DNA of 63,886 nt, the filler included, from Octopus bimaculoides (taxonomy: Eukaryota): assembly GCF_001194135.2 (NCBI RefSeq). It is 5 parts of 4 records of this genome, joined end to end, with 100 filler letters (N's around TTAATTAATTAA, not from the genome) between each part and the next. Parts side by side here need not be neighbours in the genome. Positions count along the whole stretch, not along the records: positions 8,345 to 38,708 come from NC_069005.1; 4 more parts are not named here. One strand, given 5' to 3'. Numbering within the stretch: position 1 is the stretch's first letter; the number at the start of each line of letters is the position of its first letter. The position numbers were made by a program, and so were the translations under genes. Positions 11,846 through 22,632 of the stretch are shown piece by piece. The notes under the pieces are model-generated. The model was not told the origin of the DNA. It made no database searches and saw only the letters and a program-made list of their open reading frames with translations.

Positions 11846-12717
11846 AGGGCCAGCAACGTGTAAGGGAGGGGGTAAGTTAATTACGTCGACCTCGGTCTTT
11901 ATATACACACACAAACGCACCCATCCGCCCATCCATCCATGTCAAAGGATTAAAGGACAGGACGTCGGTAGCACTTGAATGCAGAACATAAAGAATAAAC
12001 ATTATTGACATCAATCTTAGCGATCTCGAAGTGTCAGTGAAGTCCATGGTAACTGTTCCGCCCTCCAACCTCAGGAAGCAGAAACAAAAAGAAAAATAAT
12101 AATGCAGAATATAGATTAAAAAATATATATATTGAAACTGAAAGGCATATTGAAAAATAGAGTTGTAATCATACTCTGATAGAGACAAAAAATAATGTTA
12201 ATAAAGACGAGATGATTATGGCAGCCATGCCATTGATCATAGGCCTTATCGATCTGGGCGACAAGAACAAATATAACGACCACAACATCACTAACAATAA
12301 CAATAACGCCTACGACGACGAACCAACAACAATAATAACAACAACAGCAACAATAAAAACATAAGCAACAACAACGGAACACCATCAAAGGCGTTGCTAA
12401 TGAATAACTTTATAGTAGAAAATCGAAATGTTGGAAACCTTATTTAAGCAATTATGACGTTCATTATGCTTATGTTTTTGTCGGAGTTCGTCAAACCGGT
12501 GATATGAATTGCGTTGAGAAATATCACCTATAGAAATTTGCTATGGCTTTTAAGCGCCGAGAACAGACTCCGCCTGGCTTAAATTTGTCTCTCATCCATT
12601 CTGATCTATAAAATAAAGTACTTGTTAAGTACTGTGGTCGATATATTATACTTTCTATGCTCCCTTAAAACTGGTGATTTTGATTGAGTTACTTGCAATT
12701 ATGTTAGGATGTTGTTC

Positions 12718-12870
12718 AAGGCGGCGAGCTAGCAGAATCGTTACAACTCCGTAAAAATGTTTAGGGTCATCTTTTTTTAACGGATGTGTTCTGAGTTCAA
12801 ATTCCGGCGAGGTCGATTTTCCATTTTATTATTATGAAGTCAATAAAATAAGTATAAGTTAAATAACTAG
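12718..12870 (+). mobile_element. SINE-A, diverged
   Basis: AAGGCGGCGAGCTAGCAGAATCGTT head; TCTGAGTTCAAATTCCGGCGAGGTCG B-box region. Confidence 0.75.
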
Positions 12871-13149
12871 CGTGTATCATTACATTTTAAAAAGGCAAGT
12901 AAAGTTTCGTAAGGAGTAGGGCTACTATTTTTAGCAAGACGAACGACAACGCAGAGGCTTTTGCGTTGACTGAATCGGTCCATACTTCTGTTGTTGTAGT
13001 TGTTATTGTTGTTCTCATTGATTTGATGAGGAAGAATAAAGGATTAAAACAGCTTTATTCACAAGATACGTAGCGCAATGATATAAACGTCCGAACCTGA
13101 CATAACATGTTTGAAGCATTTCAAAGGAAGAACGGAACGGACAATGAGA

Positions 13150-13198
<49 letters not shown>

Positions 13199-13468
13199 NN
13201 NNNNNNNNNNNNNNNNNNTCTCTCTCTCTCTCTACATATATATATGTACAAGCACACACACACACACACACCCAAGCACAACTATGTATACGCACAGATG
13301 TGTATATGTGTTTGTGGGTGTAACTATGCAGAGACGTGTGTGTGTGTGTGTGTGTATTATAACTAGTGGATATAACTATAGGTATTAACATCACAACTTT
13401 ATAAATGCATATATATACATATATAAACATATGTACACACGGATGCATATACAAAAACATTTGTATGC

Positions 13469-13505
<37 letters not shown>

Positions 13506-13548
13506 AACATATAAATATGTACGTATACATACATTCATACATAATACA

Positions 13549-13585
<37 letters not shown>

Positions 13586-14339
13586 TTGCTTAAAAGAGTT
13601 CCAACACTGTCTGTTTTTTATGTTTTATTTATATTCCTGCAGAACTAATGTGGGGTATAGAATATGGAATATACAATATATAATATGATATACAATATAC
13701 AATATAAAATAAAATAAAATAAAAATGGATGGCACCATGAAAGAAAGTATTGAATGTAGATGAAATATTGAGTGTTCAATATAAAGGATCAAATATATAA
13801 ATATATAAATATAAATATATATATATATAAAGGCGACTCGAGTTTCAGGGCTATTTCCCTTCGTCATGGCCGGTATGACAGACTTTAACAGACTGTATAT
13901 ATATATATATATATATATATGTGTAAAGATATATGGATGTATACATTATATATGTATATTCCTATTTTCTATTTAAGAATAGATGTACAGATATGTATCT
14001 AAATTTATATTTAAAGAGATATTTATATACGTATGTATTACATGCTCACACATATGTGCGCGCATGCACATATACATACACCAACTAACTGCACATGTGA
14101 TATTAGTCAAAATTGTAGCAAATCAGAAAAAAAGTCAAGCCGTCACGATACCGAAGCGGAAAATGCATTCTTATCTCTGAGACATGGCATGTTAGTTACT
14201 GCTTCGAGTCGTTACTGCTTCTTTCTTAATTCTTTTTAGTTTGCATATATATATTTTTTCACCTTTTCCACCTGAATACATCTTCGCGCTTCAGAAATTC
14301 TAAATTCTATTCGCCGTTCTGTGTTTTATTAACTTATAT

Positions 14340-14515
14340 ATTTTATCTTGTACTCGTATCACTCATTGGATAGTGGCCATGCCGGGCCACCGCCACGAAG
14401 GGTTTTAGTCGAAAAATATGACACCGGTACTTATTATTTTTCAAGTCTGAACTTAACAATCACCTTCGCCGAGCTGCTGAGATACGAGGAATTAATCAAA
14501 CCAACACAGTTGGGG
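14340..14515 (-). mobile_element. SINE-B tail, diverged
   Basis: GGCCATGCCGGGCCACCGCC...TTTAGTCGAA...GTACTTATT...CAAACCAACAC pattern. Confidence 0.55.
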
Positions 14516-14617
14516 AAATGACTAAAAGATACACTCACCCATACCTATCTATCTATCTCCAACTGTCTGTCTATCTGTCTGTCTGTCTGTCTGTCTATTT
14601 GTCTGTGTTTCTGTCTG

Positions 14618-14658
<41 letters not shown>

Positions 14659-14769
14659 ATAAATTCATATATATACATATATAAGTATATGTACACACGG
14701 ATGCATATACAAAAACATCTGTACGCATGTATATATGCATATATATATACACACACACATGGTTTTTAA

Positions 14770-15525
14770 AGCGAAATGATGATACTAGTTTTAAAGAATG
14801 CGACTTATTCAAGCAATGATATAATTACAGTTTCGACCCAGTATCTTCTGTCATTCTGTGGGTAGATCCATCATTCCGCGCTCAAAGAATTTCCTGTCAT
14901 TACTGGCGAAAAATCCTTCCAAACGAATTAGAATTGAAGGTCCGTCCATTCGATCAATTTCGATCGAATGGCAATCTGAAAGTACAATATAGAGCCAATA
15001 TGGAGAGTGTGGCAAAATTTCTCAGTTAGGCCTCAGGAAATTCTGCCGCGTTTGCAAAGAAATGTGTAGTCTAGCATTGTTGTGGTGAAAGACAATGCCC
15101 TTACGGTTAGCAAGCGCTGGCCGCTTTTTGTGGATCGATGTGTTCATTTTGACCATCAATGTGTCTTCAAATTAATGGTCCTGTCAATGGGAAGAAACTC
15201 ACAAAGGCAACGCCCTTCCAATGAAAGCATAACATCTTCTAACAGGTGATCGTTTGCGCTTCTCATTGTTGCAGACGATCCATTTTAGTCTCCTGTCACC
15301 ATTCTCTCCTAACAAATAGAAAAAGGGATAATTTGTTTGACTTTTCTGCAACCAATCACAACAAAAATGCATTGGGTGAAGTTAGCCTCATTCAATTGAT
15401 ATGGGACCCAAGCATCAAGCCTGCTGGTGTAACCAAGTCGTTGCAGAAAGTTTCCAACATTCAAAATTGAAGGGTAAAACTGCATTTCATTTTTGAAACC
15501 TCGATGAAGTTATATGATGTTAAAC
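14770..15525 (-). mobile_element. Decayed mariner (DD34D) transposon, catalytic-domain half
   Basis: Minus-strand translation gives GIVFHHNNAR (HHDNARPH), ILPHSPYW...SDCH (LPHPPYSPDxAPSDYH) and FFERGMMDLPTE*QKILGRNCNYII* (mariner C-terminus). Many disruptions. Confidence 0.85.
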
Positions 15526-15532
15526 AAGCAGT

Positions 15533-15660
15533 CAACTACGAGTCCATGGCCCCTTATAACAGAAACAGCAGTAAGCTAATGAAGTTCGCGACATAATTTC
15601 GTATATCCCTTGACATTTTGATTCATCGACTGACGCTTATATTCTGAAGCATATTGAGTT
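15533..15660 (+). repeat. Short repeat shared with 52237-52390, possibly a Penelope-like pseudo-LTR relic
   Basis: CAACTACGAGTCCA...CAGAAACAGCAGTAAGCTAATGAAGTT versus CAACTTTGAGTCCA...CAGAAACAGCTGTAAACTAATGAAGTT at 52237. Confidence 0.45.
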
Positions 15661-15717
15661 AGTATCGGAATGCCTAAACGAAATGATACTACAACAGCAA
15701 AAACAACAACAACAACA

Positions 15718-15748
<31 letters not shown>

Positions 15749-16030
15749 ACACTACTACTACTACTAATACTAATACTACTACTATTAGTAGTAGTGTAAA
15801 ATGTGTCGAAACCATTGTAGTGAATTTAAATAAAGAATGTCGTTAATTTCATTTTCTATAATTTATCTATTTATATAAACTCCACAAATACAATGGAATT
15901 CCTGATGTACATCCATTATGAGAACATTGCCACTGTATGATGACATCATGTAGCAGTAACTGTGGACGAAATTAGCAAAGCATTTTATAAGGGTTTTAAT
16001 CGGGTCTTATTTAACTACTGACACACACAC

Positions 16031-16072
<42 letters not shown>

Positions 16073-17643
16073 ACGCACACACAAACACATACACAACACA
16101 GCACACAACACAAACACATACACATAAAGGATTAATACAATTATTATACGTAAGTATTTTAGAAAATTATTAAGGTGTTTAACTTTTGAGTTACAATGGG
16201 AATATTGTCCAGAAGATCTTAAGAGACATCAGTTCCAGTCAATAGGGATACGTATGTGAGTGTATGTGTGCGCGCGCGCATATGTGTGGGCGTGTGTCTG
16301 TACTAGGTCAGCAGAATTGGCCTGATCACTGTTCATCATCTCCTCTTGGCTCCCATCTTAACTCTTAACTCTCCCATCTTAACTCTTCTCTCTCTTCTTG
16401 CTACATAACCATACATACATACAAACATACATACATATCGTAAAGACATTAAAACAGCTTCGGGCAAATTTAAATATTGGCTACAATTTATCTTGTCGCT
16501 CAGTTGAAACGTTTTTAATCGCAGAGGTGTACGATTTATTTGTTTTCCTATAATCATGTGACAAATATGTTAATTGGTTGAGTAAGTGTTCGTGCTGTGC
16601 TTCGTCCTATGGTGTAAACTGCTACTGTTCATATGTATATATATATATATATATAAAAGAGATATATACATACACACGTGACACTTCTCTGGAGTTATCC
16701 ATCATTTACTGAATACTGAAAGACATACGGGGAGGTTAAAAACTCTGGTTTCATTTATCATTATATAATCGATCACGAACACCATTTGATTAAAGCCGTG
16801 TATTTAAAAAAAAATATACGTACATTAATACAGACACACCCATATATATATATATATANNNNNNNNNNNNNNNNNNNNNNNNNNNNNNNNNNNNNNNNNN
16901 NNNNNNNNNNNNNNNNNNNNNNNNNNNNNNNNNNNNNNNNNNNNNNNNNNNNNNNNNNNNNNNNNNNNNNNNNNNNNNNNNNNNNNNNNNNNNNNNNNNN
17001 NNNNNNNNNNNNNNNNNNNNNNNNNNNNNNNNNNNNNNNNNNNNNNNNNNNNNNNNNNNNNNNNNNNNNNNNNNNNNNNNNNNNNNNNNNNNNNNNNNNN
17101 NNNNNNNNNNNNNNNNNNNNNNNNNNNNNNNNNNNNNNNNNNNNNNNNNNNNNNNNNNNNNNNNNNNNNNNNNNNNNNNNNNNNNNNNNNNNNNNNNNNN
17201 NNNNNNNNNNNNNNNNNNNNNNNNNNNNNNNNNNNNNNNNNNNNNNNNNNNNNNNNNNNNNNNNNNNNNNNNNNNNNNNNNNNNNNNNNNNNNNNNNNNN
17301 NNNNNNNNNNNNNNNNNNNNNNNNNNNNNNNNNNNNNNNNNNNNNNNNNNNNNNNNNNNNNNNNNNNNNNNNNNNNNNNNNNNNNNNNNNNNNNNNNNNN
17401 NNNNNNNNNNNNNNNNNNNNNNNNNNNNNNNNNNNNNNNNNNNNNNNNNNNNNNNNNNNNNNNNNNNNNNNNNNNNNNNNNNNNNNNNNNNNNNNNNNNN
17501 NNNNNNNNNNNNNNNNNNNNNNNNNNNNNNNNNNNNNNNNNNNNNNNNNNNNNNNNNNNNNNNNNNNNNNNNNNNNNNNNNNNNNNNNNNNNNNNNNNNN
17601 NNNNATCTCGCTACCCACGTTTTATTTGCCTTTTAGTTATATA

Positions 17644-18019
17644 CAACGATTGGCTAAAAAGTTCAGAGGATGACCAAGGAACTCTCATGACGTTTATTAT
17701 CAATAGTCCCATTGTGGCCTACACACTTCTTCCAGTGGTGTTACCGTGCCAGGATCCCACTGGTGTAAACGCATTCATCCAGTTACTCTTTACTCTTTTA
17801 CTCTTTTACTTGTTTCAGTCATTTGACTGTGGCCATGCTGGAGCACCGCCTTTAGTCGAACAAATCGATCCCAGGACTTATTCTTTGTAAGCCTAGTACT
17901 TATTCTATCGTTCTCTTTTGCCGAACCGCTAAGTTACAGGGACCTAAACACACTAGCATCAGTTGTCAAATGATGTTGGGGGGACAAACACAGATATACA
18001 ACACACACACACACACACC

Positions 18020-18074
<55 letters not shown>

Positions 18075-19225
18075 GACGGGCTTCTTTCAGTTTCCGTCTA
18101 CGAAATCCACTCACAAGGCATTGGTCGGCCCGAGGCTATAGTATAAAACGCTCTGCCAAGATGCCACACAGTGGGACTGAACCCGGAATCATGTGGTTGG
18201 TAAGCAAGCTACTTACCACACACCCACTCCTACGCCTATGTCACACAATTCATAAATAAGAGATATGAGTCATCGTCACTTCCATACTGGTTTCCAGCTC
18301 AATATTTTTTTCTGTTAGGGAACAGATGAAATTGAGATGAGGCCTAATCAAGAGAATAAGTAGGGTGATCAACCAGTTCAAAGCGACAATCATGCTCAGC
18401 AGCCTTTGAAACCAAGGGCTGTGTGCTGGAGCATTTTCCTGATGAATTATGACCCCATTTATCAGTTTTCTTGGCCTTTTGTTTTCATAGTCTTTCGTAA
18501 CTGCTTCAGCAAGTTGGCACAGCATTCCCCATTGATGGTGTGGTCCTGTTGAAGATAATCAATAAACACAATGCCTTTTGCGTCTCAAAAAACTGAGGCC
18601 ATCACCTTTCCTGCTAATGAAACGAACGTGGCCTTCTTTGGTGCAGATGAGCAGGGGTGTTACCAAAACATGGATTGTCCTTTTGTCTCTGGTTCAAAGT
18701 GATGAAGACAAACAACACTTATACCTGGCTTCGGAAACGTTCAATGAAACCAACTGGGTCTGCTTCAGGCAATATCAAATTTTGCCGTGATGTGATCGTC
18801 CTGTTGCGCTTTTGATCAGAGTGCACCCGCTGATCAAAAACCTTCGTCATGTAAAGTTCATGGTGCAGAATATTCTCAACTCTCCCCCAGGATATGCAAA
18901 TAGCATTGGATGCTTGATTCATAGTCAATTGCCAGTCATGCATCACTATGTGGTGAACATGATCGATGTCTTCCTCAGCAGTGGCAGTTTCCAGACATCC
19001 AAACGTTGGGTTATTTTAAAGACTCTCCTATATTCAGCTGCCCACTTTTACACTGTCGTTAAATCTAGTGTCATCCTCTAACGTAACAACCACGTCAGCA
19101 TGAATGCCTTTGGGGGATAAACCCTATTTCTGCAGGTACTTTATAACACCCCGATGCCAAATTTTGTACATTTTCAAGAGAAGTTGCTACTAGTTACATT
19201 TACAGTCTTCTTTCAACAGTCGGTT
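17644..19225 (-). mobile_element. Near full-length decayed mariner (DD34D) transposon interrupted by a SINE-B
   Basis: ATG at 19171 gives MYKIWHRGVIKYLQK*GLSPKGIHADVVVTL. Mid-region has RVENILHHELYMTKV and GVIIHQENAPAH. The C-terminus (GIL..*HHWKKCVGHNG) is at 17700-17782. TIR-like TA-CAACGATTGGCTAAAAAGTTC at 17642-17664. The 5' end is cut off near 19225. Confidence 0.9.
17783..18237 (-). mobile_element. SINE-B, full-length composite: tRNA head, CORE-like segment, internal (TA)n/(TG)n microsatellite, tail ending in (TAAAAGAG)n
   Basis: Head AGGCGTAGGAGTGGGTGTGTGGTAAGTAGC, B-box-like GGTTCAGTCCC, body ending ...GAAAGAAGCCCGTCG then (TA)n(TG)n and the tail. It splits the mariner ORF. Confidence 0.9.
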
Positions 19226-19918
19226 TATCTGGAATGAAACAACACAGTTGTAAACAAGAGGAAACTGTCGCGCAAGCCTTCGTACATTGTGAGGAGCTGA
19301 GAGAATTGATAACCTATGTCGAACAACTGATGTCGGATGCGGAAAGAGTACGGCTCTCGACTGAGTCCATGATTAAGATCGTACCGCGTTCCTCCTTTAA
19401 TGAGGAAAGGAAAGCGTCGTTTTCCTGCGTAGTAACTGTACTGAAAGATACAGTATGGATGACACGTGCAAGAGGAATTGCGAGAGGCAGTTTCATCTCT
19501 GGACGCGGGTTGGTAAGTTATTTTAACTACCACCTATTCTATAAGATCCGTCGGGAGACAAGGTGCCTGTCTCAAGGTATGTTCGCGAAAAGATGGACGA
19601 CAGTTGTAAGGATGTTGAGAGTGCTAGTGTAACCGGTCAAGGGGAAAAGATGGAAAAAGGTAAATCAAATACGAAAGAGAAAAAGCATAAAAGGGAAATT
19701 AAAAGGAAAAAAAAAAGACAGAAAGCCGGCGGGTTAAATAAAAACACCAAAGATTTGTATTTTATGACGTAATTTTTAAAGAACTTTCATTCGATTTCAC
19801 TCGATTTCATTATACCGTTTTTATCATTTCTTATTATGTTTGTAATTCCGTCCTTTTGTTGTTAACTGTCCTTGTTTTGTTCCCTCTTTGTATGCCCCTA
19901 TAGGCGAATAAAGAAATA
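19225..19918 (+). mobile_element. Tx1/L1-clade LINE, 5'-truncated 3' end (ORF2 C-terminus plus 3' UTR)
   Basis: ORF 19234-19632: C-x-QEETVAQAFVHC (CCHC zinc-knuckle relic), then VWMTR...FNYHLFYKIRRETRCLSQGMFAKRW, typical of the Tx1/L1 post-RT region. T-rich 3' UTR ending AATAAAGAAATA. Confidence 0.8.
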
Positions 19919-20173
19919 TATTCAGTGAAGGTACACAGTTCGAACCAGCGATACATCAGCGGCGACGAGGATTCGTAGTTCACGCAGTGAGAAATGATTT
20001 TGAAAAAAGCATCGTAGCGAAAAATGTTTTCGAAGTAGGATTTGAACTAACACAGAACTACACACAGTAAAAAGTAATATACACGCAGTGGAAAAATAAT
20101 ATACAGTGAAAAGTGATATACACACAGTGAAACTGAAGAAAGATTTTGAAAAAAAAAACGTATAGAACGAAAC

Positions 20174-20245
<72 letters not shown>

Positions 20246-20290
20246 AATGAGTTTCTCTGCCCTAGGTGTACGGAAAACACTCGGCGAGAA

Positions 20291-20728
20291 ATGGAAGAAA
20301 ATTTGAAGAAAGGAGGAAAAAAACAACATAATAATAATAAGTCTGTTTGAAAGATTTATAAGTTAAATAATAGACTTATTAGTAATAATGTTACCTGCGG
20401 GCACTCTGAAAAATTAAACGTTTCTGTGTGGAACGAAAAAATAATAATAAGTCCGTGCGAAGGATTTAATAATTCTGTGTGCAACAAAGAATTTACGACG
20501 ATACATTTAAAGCGAGTCATGCAAGAAGATTTCAAACGTAAGCAGATCTCATCTGTTGAAATTGAAAATAAACGAGTTGCTAAGAAGGTTAAAATGGACA
20601 AAGAAATCGCAAGCCATTTTGTGATTGAGAATATTAAACAAGTCCTCCTTGAAAAGACTCCAGATGAAATGTCAACTTGTAATGGAAAAGACGTAGAAAT
20701 AGAAAAAATGATAATTCTGTGTGTTTAG
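20291..20728 (+). pseudogene. Unassigned K/E-rich open frame (145 codons, one in-frame TGA at 20348), possibly an ORF1 relic of a retroelement
   Basis: 20351-20728 is stop-free and non-repetitive (…LKRVMQEDFKRKQISSVEIENKRVAKKVKMDKEIASHFVIENIKQVLLEK…); an in-frame ATG lies at 20291. No family recognised. Confidence 0.3.
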
Positions 20729-21143
20729 AAGAAAAAATCTCAAAGGGAGAGGTGTTGCGTGGACGCCCCCAGGAGAGAAGTGGACTGATCCACTACGAAT
20801 AAATAGTGGATTTTGACAAGCATGCAACGTCGTTCGGCGCGCCCCTCGAACCTGCGATACATCACTCTCCCAAGAGAAAAATCACCATCTTTAAGTCAAT
20901 GCAAATGATACAATATCTTCTCTAAATTCAGTTTAATTTCTCCATATTTTTCCTTCAGAATTGTTGAGTGACTGAGTGGGACAAAGCCATACACATTTCC
21001 GTTGTGCAATAATACACATTTTTAACTACACTCATACCTGACCCCTGCCGGGAGGCTCAGTATCATTCTGATGCTACAACGCTGCAAGGAAGCTCATTCT
21101 CACATAGCTAGATCTGATATTCTGGTCAATAGATATATATCAT

Positions 21144-21179
<36 letters not shown>

Positions 21180-21232
21180 CATGTATGTATGTATGTATGT
21201 ATGTATGTATGTATGTATGTATGTATGTATGT

Positions 21233-21879
21233 ATGAATCAAAACAGTTTGATTCAAATTCGTTAGTACTCTTGAGATTCAAGCATGATGCTTGTCGGCAG
21301 CTATATTGAATTTGAATGACAGAAGTTGATTCTTATTACCGCAAGGTGGTCTGCGATTGGTCGAGGAAAGTCACACGGTGTCGTGGCTTGAAGTTGGTAT
21401 ATAGATAACAGTTGGTTGGAAAATACTGCATGGTGAACAGGAAATTGCCCACGTGGAGGATAGGAAATAGACAACGTGGTGATTAGGAAATCGGGCAGGT
21501 TGTTGTTGGGGAGACGGTAGGAAAAGGTGATACGTGCAATTATATTGTTCTATATATGGGTGTGTAGACATACTCCTATGGTTTTGCGTGCATGTGTGTA
21601 TTGATGCGAACGTGCGCTTTTGTACATGGGCGCGCACGCGCACGTTTGCAGACACGAGTGTGTGTGTGTATCTGTGCGTTACTCATATACCAGCATCAAA
21701 CTGTTACCGATATACCAACATCAAACTACGACACCGTGCGACCTTCCTCGACCTATCGCAGCCTACCATACGGTGATAACAATCAACTTCTGTCATTCAA
21801 ATTCAAAATGACTGCCGACTAGCGTCACGCTTGAAACTCAAGAGTACCAACGAATTTGAATCAAACTGTTTTGATCCAT
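21233..21879. repeat. Long inverted repeat, arms 21233-21417 and 21693-21879 (DNA-transposon subterminal sequence)
   Basis: Left arm ATGAATCAAAACAGTTTGATTCAAATTCGTTAGTACTCTTGAG... is the reverse complement of the right arm ...CTCAAGAGTACCAACGAATTTGAATCAAACTGTTTTGATCCAT over about 185 bp. The right arm continues into a mariner-like TIR (TTTGTCCACTCACTCGTA, about 21920-21937). Confidence 0.9.
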
Positions 21880-21945
21880 AGATATTACTCCCAATAAATT
21901 TGCTGAGTGCCCTTCTTCCCTTTGTCCACTCACTCGTATCATATA

Positions 21946-21999
<54 letters not shown>

Positions 22000-22464
22000 T
22001 GTGTGTGTGTGCATCGATGTATGTATGTATGCATGCATGTGTGTGTGTTTGTGTGTGTATAATGTTATAATAAAACCCATAATTTTTATCGAAACAAATA
22101 TATTTCGTCATTTTGAAAGCCGAGAACAAGACCGTTTGCCAGCTGCTTTTTAAGTATATAACGTTGAAACAAGGGACAAGGGACAATGAAAATATAAACG
22201 AGATAACCAACATTATAATAAACAATGTGAAAAGACATAAAAATAAGTTGTTAATGGGTCTGGTGACCTAATTTTAAATAGCGCCAATATGTATTTCTTA
22301 AAATGTGGACATACAGTAAAAATCTCCTTTCTGGAATTTAAGTAGTCGTTGGATGGTTTTAAGTTCTTTTAAGAGATGTATAATTTTTCAGAAGAACATA
22401 CCGAATATCTTTTATTCAAATGTTCTCTTGAAAAATTATATCCCTTAAAAATCTTGAGAGCCTA

Positions 22465-22632
22465 ATCGATTTCATCGACCCCAGTACCCAATAGGTAATT
22501 GTTTTATCGACCCACAAATGGTGAAAGGTAACGTCGATCTCGGCGTCATTTGAACTCATAACGTAAAGATGAGCGAAATGTCGCTAAGCATCTTATCTGG
22601 CGAGCAAATGGTTCTGCTAGGCCTCCGCCACA
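22465..22632 (-). mobile_element. SINE-A, diverged
   Basis: ATCGACCCCAGTACC...GAAAGGTAACGTCGATCTCGGCG...TTTGAACTCA...GCTAAGCAT matches the reverse complement of family A. Confidence 0.75.
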
